A DNA stretch of 64,000 nucleotides, from assembly GCF_964204645.1 (NCBI RefSeq), contig NC_134026.1:16030150-16094149 (forward strand). Reading direction: 5' to 3'. The notes under the pieces were generated by a model, which saw only the letters and a program-made list of their open reading frames with translations, did not search any database and was not told where the DNA came from. Every line of letters begins with the position of its first letter. The stretch's first letter is position 1. This stretch comes from Tubulanus polymorphus. Taxonomy: Eukaryota; Animalia; Nemertea. Below, in pieces: positions 13,440 to 23,821 of this stretch. The position numbers and the translations under genes were made by a program.

Positions 13440-15017
13440 ATTTGTAAATACGCTACCTTAATATAAAGGGATTGTTCAGCAGGTCCGGGAAAACGAGAAC
13501 TTGTAAATTAGAAATACCCGAATTGAAAGGACAAATCGCAGAAAGTTACTTCTTCTTAATCGCAGAAACATGGAACTCAATAGATTCTGTATTTCCCGTT
13601 CCTAAAAACTTTTCGTACTATCAGAGTGTAAGAAAAAAAATCACCGCGTGCGCGCAGAAACTCCGGAGGACTTCTATTACTTTTCAAATCGGAATTACTA
13701 CCAGGTGTGAAATTGATACATAATGAAAATCCTGATGTCATATGGGTAAGGTTAAAGAAAGAGTTTTTCAAAACTGATAAAGATGTTTTTCTTTGCCTTA
13801 TTTACGCTCCATGTGATAGTATTAATTCATTTGATTTCTATGATAATTTGAGTTGCGAAATAATAGCAAATCAACTGGAGGGAAATGTGTTAGTGATTGG
13901 TGATATGAACTCCCGCACAAATAATCTATCTGGTTTACCCCCAGAATTTGACGATCATACTCCCTTTTAAGAACTAAGTAACGGCGTATATAACATTCTT
14001 GACAGATATAACATTAATCCGGACAGAATTTCATAAGATTCAATAGTAAGACCTGATCAAGCAGGAAGAAACCTCATAAATGTGTGTATGGGTTGTGACT
14101 TATTAATACTGAATGGCAGATCTCATGACGATAAAAACTGTGGCAAATACACCTGTCACCAGCCAAACGGTAAAGGTGTGGTTGATTATGTACTTTTGGA
14201 CTTTAATATGATCAGTTCACTGTGTCATTTTCGGATCTCTGATCATCAGCGATCAGCGATCATGCATTGCTTGAAATATCGTTAACTGGTCGTAACAATC
14301 ATACAACCAGTGGCGAAACACATTATGCGGGCGAGACTACGTGCCACAAATACAGATGGCGTAAGGGAAATGAGTCGAATTTCAAGCAATACCTTGGGTC
14401 ACTCGATGTCCAGCAGCAGCTTGATAATTTATTGAATAATGCCGTAAATGTACCTCATAACAATGACTCAATTAATGAACTAGTTGATGAATTTACGTCG
14501 GCATTACAATCGGCAGTCACGACAATACACGGGAAAGAAAATACATATACTAGGGCAAAAAAATCTTCGTACAATAAATCATGCAAAAGAGAAATTTATT
14601 TAGCCAAGCCACTCGACGATATAAACTTTTCTCAAATGAGTTAAATCCTTTTTGGTAAGAGAGGCCAGGACTAAATACAAACACACTATAAACAACGCTA
14701 AGTCGAAATTTGACGAGCAAATGCTCGATGAGTTACTGAATGACTTACAGTCGAAAAATTTTAGACAAATGTGGTCAAAATTTAGAAATAGTAATGTCGA
14801 TGATTCTACCCTTCCTGATATGCATGATTTGTACACTCACTTCAAAAATTTATCCTTTTCAACAGTGGATGATATTCATGCACCGGGTCAAGCAGATGTT
14901 AATCCCGATGACACGGGACATATCCTTGATCAACCGATCTCTCAGGATGAGATAACAAAGGCAATTAGGTCAATCAATAGAAATAAAGCCTCTGGTATCG
15001 ATGGTTTGAAAGGATAA
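13440..15017 (+). pseudogene. LINE ORF2 fragment: apurinic-like endonuclease and linker
   Basis: LNIKG, IAETW, IYAP, IGDMNSRT, LNGRS...YTC...VVDY and SDH motifs across several frameshifts and stops. Confidence 0.85.
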
Positions 15018-15145
15018 GTATTTAAAAAAAAGCAATAACTAATACTATAATTCTTTAACTTAACTAAGCTAGTATTAACGTAAAGAGATACTAATATCAT
15101 TTTATAATACTTATAATATTTTTTTCGCTTTTTCCTCTAATATAA

Positions 15146-15728
15146 ATGTCAAAGAAATCGAGTAAGAATAATACCGATATTGAAAAAAACATTAGATGAT
15201 TTGGGCATTAGTGATAATAAGGATATTCCGACCAAAATTGAAAATAATATTCAAGTTAATAACAATAAAGATTATGAATACTATTTATATTGTAAACACC
15301 ATCTTGAGTTACTAATTGCCGGTGGGAAATCTAAAGAGTTTTTAACTAAGACCATTACTTTTCAAGAACTATACTCTATGAAACCAGATAAAGTAATAAA
15401 ATATTTTAAGATTTATGATGAGGCAAGATTGGCTCGAATAAATGATTCTATTTCAGATAGTATTGTCAAATGTTACTCTAAGTTATGCAACCGATTAATG
15501 TCAATTGATGATGAATGTAAATTATATAGTGATTTGAAAAATGACTATTTAGTTATGACTGAATTACAAAAATGGGTTGGATATGCTTCATTTCAATTAG
15601 GATCGGTTATGACATTAATTTCTACTGGCGTCATAACATTTTCGAATATCAAGCCTATGGAATATAAATCAGGTAAGAACGAAACAGATGTCGCCGTAAC
15701 ACAACCAAACGGCGAAACAGAAAATTAA
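15146..15728 (+). pseudogene. Polinton hypothetical protein (frameshift in an A-run near the 5' end)
   Basis: ATG at 15146 in TAAATG context, out of frame with the 182-aa ORF 15180-15728; hydrophobic segment near the C-terminus. Confidence 0.65.
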
Positions 15729-15753
15729 CCAGAACAAAAATTAACTAAAATAA

Positions 15754-16148
15754 ATGAGTGATGGTATTGCCGTACTGCACCCACACAGTGACGTAAAGAA
15801 AAACGCTAGATCAGAGAAACAAGTACAGTGGGCAAAGGAGTTGGGAAAAAGATCTGCAGAATTAAAAAAAGCTAGGAAAAAGAAATTAACTGATATAAAT
15901 GAGTCACAGACTTTATCTGATATTCAAATAATAATCCATCTCATTCTTCTAATGCTGGAGGTAATAATAAATTATATATTACAATTGGGTTAATCACAAT
16001 TATTATATTCTCTGGTGTAATATATAAATATAAGTATAAATCTGATTATAACAATAATCATTCCAATGATAATAAACCTATTATACCAGAAAATAAATCA
16101 AATGATAAAATCATTGAAACTAAATCTAAATTATTATTAATGGATTAA
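15754..16148 (+). pseudogene. Polinton small basic protein with predicted TM segment (frameshifted)
   Basis: KQVQWAKELGKRSAELKKARKKK basic helix; shifted frame continues LYITIGLITIIIFSGVIYKY...KLLLMD*. Confidence 0.6.
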
Positions 16149-16154
16149 AATAAG

Positions 16155-17239
16155 ATGAAAAAAGAACAATATTTAAGAGAGTTATATTATAACCCAGAAA
16201 GTGAAGTATCATATTCTAACGTTTCAGAATTATGGGATAAAATTAAATCCGATAAAGAAAATATAAAATATAGCGAATTAAAATCATGGTTACAAAATCA
16301 ACCAACATATCAAATCCATAAGAAAATGGATAAAACTTATTTAACAAGAAAAGTTATGGTTTCATATATCGATCAACAATGGCAAGCAGATTTAATTGAT
16401 ACGAAGAACTTAGAGGAATACAACAAAGGATATTTCTGGATATTGAATGTTATAGACATATTCAGTAGATACGCATGGTCAATTCCAATCAAAAATAAAA
16501 CTGGTATAGAAGTGACAAATGCTTTTAAATCAATATTTAAAGAAGCTATTCCAGATAAGATACAATTTGATGAAGGTAAGGAATTTTATAATAAACATTT
16601 TAAAAAACTATTATCTGATAACGATGTAGATTATTTTTTAACACATTCAGATAAAAAAGCATCTATTATAGAAAGATTCAATAAAACATTGAAAACTAGA
16701 ATGTGGAAATATTTTACTGCTAATGAAACATATAAATATATCGATGTGTTAGATGATTTAGTGAAAGGTTATAATAATTCTAAACATTCAAGTATTGGTA
16801 TGAAACCTATACAAGCTAGAAAAGAAGATAATTCAGAAATAGTTTGGAATAATTTATATGGAGCGTATGTAACACATGATTTCGGTGAACCTAAATTTAA
16901 AATAGGACAACACGTTAGAATATTTAAATATCGAAAAACATTTTATAAAGGTTATACCCCAAATTTTACAGAAGGAATATTCAAGATTAAAAAGATAATA
17001 TTAACTAAACCTTTTGTTTATAAACTAGAAGATTTAAAAGATGAAGAAATATTAGGTTATTTTTATGAACAAGAATTAACACTTGGACCAAATCCAGATG
17101 AAATAGAATACAAAACAGAAAAAGTATTAAAAACAAAAACTCTTAAAGAAAAAAGTATTCTTTGGTGAAATATAAAGGGTATGACGATAAATTTAATGAA
17201 TGGATTTTATCTAGTAAAATTAAAAGAATAAATGAATAA
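16155..17239 (+). CDS. Retroviral-like (rve/c-integrase) DDE integrase; C-terminal chromodomain separated by a frameshift near 17150
   Basis: WQADLID, IQFDEGKEF and SIIERFNKTLK catalytic triad; YNNSKHSSIGMKP; PKFKIGQHVRI; KYSLVKYKGYDDKFNEWI chromodomain in the shifted frame. Confidence 0.93.
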
Positions 17240-17843
17240 AGATTTATTTATATTTGAACCGCATAATATGTTAGTTACTGGAGTAACCAACTGTGGTAAA
17301 ACACATTTCATATTAGACTTGTTAGAAACTATTTATAAGAATCATTTTGATAATATAATATTATTTTGTCCTACTTATGAAATGAATAAAACATATAATA
17401 GAGATATAGTTAAGATAATAAAGTTTATTATATTAGATCCTAAAACAGTAAAAGAAAATTTAGATAATTGTATAAAAATAGCAATTGATATTTATAAAGG
17501 ATCAAATACATTATTCATTATAGATTATTGCGCTAATTTACATGATTCAAAAGTTAGAGAAAGTGAGTTATGTTATCTAGCTTTCTCTGGGAGACATTTT
17601 TGGATAACAACATGGGTTTTAAATCAAAAATATAATTCAATTGTTAAAGACTTTAGGGAGAATATAAGATTTGTAGTTTTATTCTACAATAAAGATAGAA
17701 AATCTATGCAACAATCATTGGAAGAAAATCAAATTATACCTACTGAGTTACATGATGAATATATGAATAAATTAAAGAATAATAAAGGTTCAAAATTATT
17801 ACTGAGGCTTCAATTTCCATATGAATATAAATTTATAAAATAA
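17232..17843 (+). CDS. A32/FtsK-HerA-like DNA packaging ATPase
   Basis: Walker A GVTNCGKT; Walker B LFIIDY (normally DD); SGRH...LNQKY...RENI motifs. Confidence 0.9.
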   Translation: MNKDLFIFEPHNMLVTGVTNCGKTHFILDLLETIYKNHFDNIILFCPTYEMNKTYNRDIVKIIKFIILDPKTVKENLDNCIKIAIDIYKGSNTLFIIDYCANLHDSKVRESELCYLAFSGRHFWITTWVLNQKYNSIVKDFRENIRFVVLFYNKDRKSMQQSLEENQIIPTELHDEYMNKLKNNKGSKLLLRLQFPYEYKFIK

Positions 17844-17867
17844 CCTCAGTAAAAGATATTTCAAATA

Positions 17868-17916
17868 ATACGTATTAGATACGTATTAAATAAGTATTAG
17901 ATACGTATTAGATACC
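17868..17916. repeat. 11-bp tandem repeat (ATACGTATTAG)x~4 between the convergent Polinton gene blocks
   Basis: Directly visible. Confidence 0.8.
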
Positions 17917-17977
17917 TTAATGCTTAAAACCCACTTTTTTATTAACTATTATTTTATACAATTTTCAACCAATATTA

Positions 17978-18330
17978 TTATTTGAGATAAAAATCACTAT
18001 CTGAATCACTTTCATCCCTAGGCCTTAACAATCTATTCAATTTCTCTACCGTATCTTCTTCAAATGCTTCATTATAATCCTTTTTCATCCTATTTACCGA
18101 ATCTTTATCAATAGTTTTTTTATTTTTATACTTTTTCATCCTCCCTAACGCATCATCAATAGTTTCTTCTTTATCTTTCGCCTAAAGTGTGTCCGCATAA
18201 CCTTTAATATCAATATGCTTATCTGTAACTATATTTTCATTATCATCTTTCTTAGTGTTTGCTCCTAATATTTCATTTACAATGTTTGATCCTAATATTT
18301 TATTAGTATCGGTTAAATCTAATTCATCTT
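17978..18330 (-). pseudogene. C-terminal remnant of a charged Polinton hypothetical protein
   Basis: KDELDLTDTNKILGSN...RMKKDYNEAFEEDTVEKLNRLLRPRDESDSDSDFYLK* with an internal stop; no start codon, joined directly to the truncated MCP. Confidence 0.45.
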
Positions 18331-18332
18331 TA

Positions 18333-18900
18333 TTAGGCCAATGTTATTTCGAATATAACATCTTCTTGAATTGCATATTTATACAAAGGCGCATTATTAT
18401 TTATCAATTCAAAGTCTAATGGAATTTTATATTTGCTTCCATAAATCTTTTTTATCTGTAGCATTAGTTACTACTGCATTATTGGCTTCAGATCTTAATT
18501 TATTTTGGTTTTCTGATTGGATTCCTTGAAATATCATATTATTTCTATTTTCTTTAGTTAACCATAAATCTTTTTAATGCATGGATAAATTATTATCATT
18601 TATAATCATTTAATGAGAAAACTTTTTCTGGTCCAATCTTTACAGCTAATTTTTTAATCAAATATCTCCCAACATTATCAACATAATTATTATTATTACC
18701 AGTTACTTTTATATCGGCTGATAAATAAATACTATTTGGAACATAAAAAGTATTTGTGTTAATCGAGGAATTCTAACATATAAAGTTTCATCGCGATTAA
18801 TATTAGAAGGGTTATGAGTAATTATATGATGAGATCTTTCTGCTTTAATAGCATTAGATATTCTAGAATTCTTAGAAGGATTGATATAACTCCCACTCAT
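18333..18900 (-). pseudogene. Double-jelly-roll major capsid protein (Polinton PY / hexon-like), N-terminal ~190 codons only
   Basis: ITHNPSNINRDETLYVRIPRL...VPNSIYLSADI...VDNVGRYLIKKL...FQGIQ...YKIPLDFEL...IFEITLA; resembles the N-terminus of invertebrate Polinton MCPs; frameshifts and stops present. Confidence 0.75.
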
Positions 18901-18920
18901 TTATTTAACAAAAAAATTAA

Positions 18921-20373
18921 TTATTTATTTTTTATCATATTCACTAACCCAAAAATAATTGCACTTACAACTGTAATTAAAAATAAAATAATATGTTCAG
19001 CAGCAAAGTTAAGAATATTCCCAGCAGATTTCAATTTAAAACCAACAATTGATGCTATAACTCCGGGTAATGCTGCAGCAGATTTTTTAAATAGTTCCCA
19101 TAAATATTTTGCGAATTTTTTTTAACCATCCTTAACTTTATCTTGTATAGAATTATTATCATTCGGAGGTTTATCCGGTTTATTGGGAGTAGGAGAAGAT
19201 TTCAATGAATTTGATATAGCTAAACCTATTGTTGTGAATACCATAGTTACAGCTGTTAGAATTGAAAGAATTGTGATACCTTCTAACTTAAATAATAATC
19301 TTATTCTATCTTTTAATGATATTTCAGAATTTGGTTTTATTAGATATCTTTTAAAAACATCTTTTAACCTTTTAAAATTATTACCATATTCTTTTAATAA
19401 TATATCTCTTTCTTCTTTCTGAAATTCTATATTATATTCTAATTTTTCAATTTCATTTTCTAAATATGCATTTCTTTTTTTAAATTCAATTTCTTCAATA
19501 ACTTTATTATCTCTATCTAATTTTAGTTGTTCTGATTCTTTTCTTGATTTAAATAATTCATCTTCTAACGTTCTAATTTTTAAATCTCTTATACTTTTAT
19601 CATGCGCATATTTATCAGCTTCATTTTGTATACTAATAATTTCTCTAATTGCTTTATCAGAAAATATATTTAAACTTCTAATTCTTGTTTTGTTGCATCA
19701 AGTAATCCATTTGGTAAAAGTTTTTCAGTTTGAACTTCGTTTGATTTAAGTCTACTAGTTTTGGAAGTTATATTCTGTTCAGAAGTTGTTTCTGTTTCTA
19801 AATTATTATTATTATCGATTGTTTCAAATAATTTTTCAATTCTTTGTTTAAATACTCTTCTATTTAGAAATATATCTGCGTCGGTAACATTTTCTATTTC
19901 ATTACTATTTCTTATTCTTTTAATTCTATCTGGTCTAATTTTCCAAAAGTTGATTCTGCTAATATTTTGTTTTGATTTTTATAAGAGATATCAATATAAT
20001 AATCATCTTTCAAATTATAATAATATTCACCATCTAAAAATTCTAAATCTTGTACTAAAAGTCTAGCGCCTCTATCATTTATATTATATCCAGATTTTTC
20101 AAATAAAGGTTTATTTATAAATTCATTATATTCTAAATTCTATCTTACTAAATCTGGATCTTCATTTTCAGAATTTATTCTCGATCTAGTTCTTCTATCA
20201 AATTCATTTGTTGATTGGCCTTTAGAACCACTATATGCTAAATTACAATTATATGCTGATTCATCATCATTATCAATATTAGTTTCTACATCATTATAAT
20301 CATCATCAATATATCCTTCATTATTATTTCCCATTTCTCCCATTTCATAATCTTCTACACCTTCTACATCCAT
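18921..20373 (-). pseudogene. Polinton protein with acidic N-terminus, coiled coil and hydrophobic/amphipathic C-terminus (putative membrane-active virion protein)
   Basis: MDVEGVEDYEMGEM...; C-terminus SLKDRIRLLFKLEGITILSILTAVTMVFTTIGLAI...AAALPGVIASIVGFKLKSAGNILNFAAEHIILFLITVVSAIIFGLV; several stops and frameshifts. Confidence 0.7.
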
Positions 20374-20389
20374 TTACATAATAAAAAAA

Positions 20390-21694
20390 TTAAAATTTAA
20401 AATATAATATTCCTCCGATTACAATTCCTATACAAGTTAAAGCTAATTTAGCATTTTCATGGGATTTATTATCATTATCAGTTTTAATTATATCATGTTG
20501 AATATTATCAGTTTTGATATTTTCTGTAGTATTGTAATCTTTTATTTTAGAATCATTATTTAATCTAATATTATTAGTTTTAGTTTCTGTTGATTGAATA
20601 TGTTTTTTATTTTTTTCACCTTCCATTAATTTTGGAGCAGTAATAATCTTTTTTTATATCATTTAATCCAAATGAATTATTTATTGTTGCAGTTTTAATT
20701 AGATTATTATAACCAATTATATTTCCCATCTTTAATACTAAATCATTAGAAATAATTAATAGATTAGGACCTATACGATAATTCAATCTAATATGTGATT
20801 TATCTAAATAATTTTGATATCTTACAATGTTTTCTGGAATCGATCTATTTTTATCATTATGAATGGAATCTTCAAATGATACTTTAAATTGTTTCTGCGC
20901 ATCAAATGAAGTACTATTATTTCCAACTATTGGAGATCTTGTTTCAACTTGAGCACCTAGAATACAAATTAGATATATTCTAATTGATTGATTTATTCTT
21001 TGTATACCAGGTTTTGTAAATCCTTCACCAAAAGATTCAATAACATGAATCCAACCATTATCATTATCGATTTTATAATTATGATAAGCTCCAATTCTAT
21101 GCATATAATTAATTCTTATTACATACTCTTTACCAACACCATGTAATATACCATGCGCTCTAAAATTGGAATTAATATTTATATTAAATTCATTACATAT
21201 TTTATAAAACTTAGATAGATTAATATTATTATCCAATTCTTTAAAATATTTCGATCCAGGTAAAGGGCATTCTAATTCATTTAATATAATTCTAATTTGT
21301 AAGTATGCATGAAATCTAAATATTGTATGAATGAATTTTAAATCAGAATATTTCAAATTTTTATCTAAGTTATTCAAGTGATAATTCCAACCTACACCAC
21401 AACCAGTTGTTGCACAATGAACAGCAAAATTTAATTGATTCTGCCAATATTTCATATTAGATTTTACTTTATATATATTATATTCATCTCGAGTAAAAGT
21501 AACTTCATATGTTTTAAATATATTTTCCATTTTAGAAATAAAATAGTTGTTTCAGTAACATAAATTTCTAAATTAATCAATGAAGGTAAAACTAAATTTT
21601 CATATATTATCATGTTACCAGAATCTATTGCTGGAATATAAAATTTATAATATTCATATGATTTATTATATTGAAAAGATTTTGGAAACCCCAT
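20390..21694 (-). pseudogene. Conserved Polinton hypothetical protein with C-terminal TM anchor, split into three ORFs by frameshifts
   Basis: ORFs 21464-21694, 20616-21530 (WQNQLNFAVHCATTGCGV, FRFHAYLQIRIILNEL) and 20390-20626 (HENAKLALTCIGIVIGGILYF) overlap end to end; a single TAAATG start at 21694. Confidence 0.7.
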
Positions 21695-21711
21695 TTATAT
21701 AATTAAAAAAT

Positions 21712-22145
21712 TAATAATTTATTAATTCTTTTAATAATTTATCTTGTTCTTCAACTGTAATATTACCATTTAAACTTATTATATAATCTAGTGTATTCTT
21801 CAATTTATTAATTTCTTTTATATTAGTTTTAATTTTTTCTTTATTACTTTTTATATTTCATTTTGAACTTATACCAGTTAAAACACTTGATGATAATCCT
21901 AGCGCACCAATTGATATAGCTAAAGATGTTAATGGACTGAATATTGCTAGAAATGTTATTACAGAACTAATTGTAACTGAACCACTAATAATAAGATAAT
22001 ATATAATTTTACTTTTTAAATATTTTTTCTTTTTTATCTTTAAGTCACTTTCAAATTCTAATATTTGTTTTTCTAAATATATTTTTAATTTAGTTTTATT
22101 TATAACATGAGGAATAATATCAATATTATCAACTTTATCAACCAT
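21712..22145 (-). pseudogene. Polinton two-TM-helix protein with an in-frame premature stop
   Basis: IYYLIISGSVTISSVITFLAIF / LAISIGALGLSSSVLTGIS; frame continues after the stop as NIKSNKEKIK...DKLLKELINY. Confidence 0.65.
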
Positions 22146-22164
22146 TTATTTAGAAAAGAAATTA

Positions 22165-22426
22165 CTAATTAGTAAATTTATATGCTACAAATATAACAAT
22201 AACAGTTCCACCTAAAATCCAAATTATTTCATATTTCTGTTGTTCTTTACTTGGGGTATAATAATCTGATAATTTAGGTTTGAATAGATGTAATTTTTCT
22301 TTATTGGTTACTGCGTTATATAAACTCATTGCATCATCGACTGATTGAAAATCTCTAAACAACAGTTCCAACTGATAATAATGCTCCATTATATAATCCA
22401 GTTATTATCCACTTATTATCACTCAT
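22165..22426 (-). pseudogene. Small Polinton membrane protein(s), frameshifted or fused by deletion
   Basis: TAAATG start at 22426 (MSDNKWIITGLYNGALLSVGTVV); ORF 22165-22389 ends in TM IIWILGGTVIVIFVAYKF. Confidence 0.5.
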
Positions 22427-22785
22427 TTATTTATCAAAAATATTACTATCTTCAAAATATTTAGTTATCTTATTTGTGATTATTTCAACATTTATAGTAT
22501 TATTAGGTTCATTTTCATATATTTCATTTATTATTCTTTTAATATCATCAATGATAAAATCACAATCTAATTCATAAAATCTTAGACTCGGTAATCTTTT
22601 CTACATTAAAAGTTTCTTTATCTATTGTTTTTTCATACTCAAATGTTGTTTCGTTACAAAATGCAATATTTTTAATATGTGTAATTACATCAGTAATATC
22701 AAATTTCATTTCTTTCTCACGTTTAAAATCAAACCCAAAACATATACTCGGCCCTACTGTTAAATTAATTTATATAACAACAAAA

Positions 22786-23402
22786 TTACTCTTTACATCT
22801 TATAACTAATTCATAAATTACAGGAAAGTTATTCAAATCAATTAAATAACCATTGTGATTTCTTACTTCTAACTTAAAATTGTTAAAACTTGAAATACAA
22901 GGTTTAAAATCACATTCTGTTCACGTTCGTAATTTATTTGCGTTCCAAATTGTTTAGCATTTTTTAATGGTAAAATATTTAATATACTAGAATTGCAAGT
23001 TTTATCTTTAGTTGCGTCGAATGTTTTTGTAGCATCAATTAAATTGCAATAATTATAAAAGTGTGTGTAAGGTATTAAGTTTGGTGTAACTTCTTCGTTT
23101 CCTGTAACAGTTTTAATCGCGCTCTTCTGTTAATTTCTTGTGCTAATTTTTCTAAATTACATAATCCCGGTTTTAAAAATAGATTATACCATTTATCTAT
23201 ATTTTCTACATAAATCATAAACAATCTATGTTCAATACTTTTATCTGATATATTGTAAAAAGAATTACATAAACTTACATTTACTAATTTTAAATCTACA
23301 CAATTTCTAAATTCTCTATCTAATTGTACTAATAAATTATGTGATTTATAATTTGTAAGTTTTCTAATCAACAAATATTCTGTATTCTTTCAGTCCGGCC
23401 AT
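22786..23402 (-). pseudogene. Single-jelly-roll minor capsid protein (penton-like, Polinton PX)
   Basis: VNVSLCNSFYNIS near the N-terminus; YCNLID...ILNILPL...FGTQINY...LEVRNHNGYLIDLNNFPVIYELVI at the C-terminus, a pattern typical of Polinton mCPs; frameshifted. Confidence 0.7.
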
Positions 23403-23414
23403 TTATTTTACATA

Positions 23415-23770
23415 TTTTATTCGAAATCTATTTCATGGTGCCCTTTTTCATTCTTACCTTTGTATACGAAATAGAAATCGCCTGAACATAATTCTTCTAA
23501 ATCTTCACTTGATAATCTATGAAATCTATCAGGTAAATATGTTCTGAATTTATATGTATTTCCTTTTAATCCTTCATATTCTAAGTGTATAGCTAATTTA
23601 TCACCATATTTGTTAGTAACTGTATCAATATTTGTAATTAGATATTTCTTATGGATTGTTAATTCTTTTAACTTCTTAGATTTATAATCTACTGATTTAA
23701 CATTTGAAGTATTTTTTATTCTATCTAGAAATAATTAGTTTTTCTCACTGTTTGCTTGTTTACTCTCCAT
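23415..23770 (-). pseudogene. ~115-aa Polinton protein, possibly an OB-fold/ssDNA-binding type; stop at codon 12
   Basis: MESKQANSEKN*LFLDRI...KKLKELTIHKKYLITNIDTVTNKYGDKLAIHLE...TYLPDRF...FVYKGK; absent from the ORF track. Confidence 0.55.
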
Positions 23771-23821
23771 TTATAATACATATTTTTATTAAAATTGATT
23801 AACACGTTAGAATCCTGTTTA

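Larger units (their letters stand above)
12211..15017 (+). mobile_element. RTE-X-like non-LTR retrotransposon, 5' half only (5'UTR, ORF1, endonuclease, linker), truncated before the RT core
   Basis: L1-type ORF1 plus APE endonuclease motifs; ends at ILDQPISQDEITKAIRSINRNKASGIDGL, the segment that normally precedes the RT. Confidence 0.8.

Noticed and set aside
18814-20066. Plus-strand ORFs 18814-19125, 19183-19422 and 19761-20066
   Set aside because: Antisense shadows of the minus-strand viral gene
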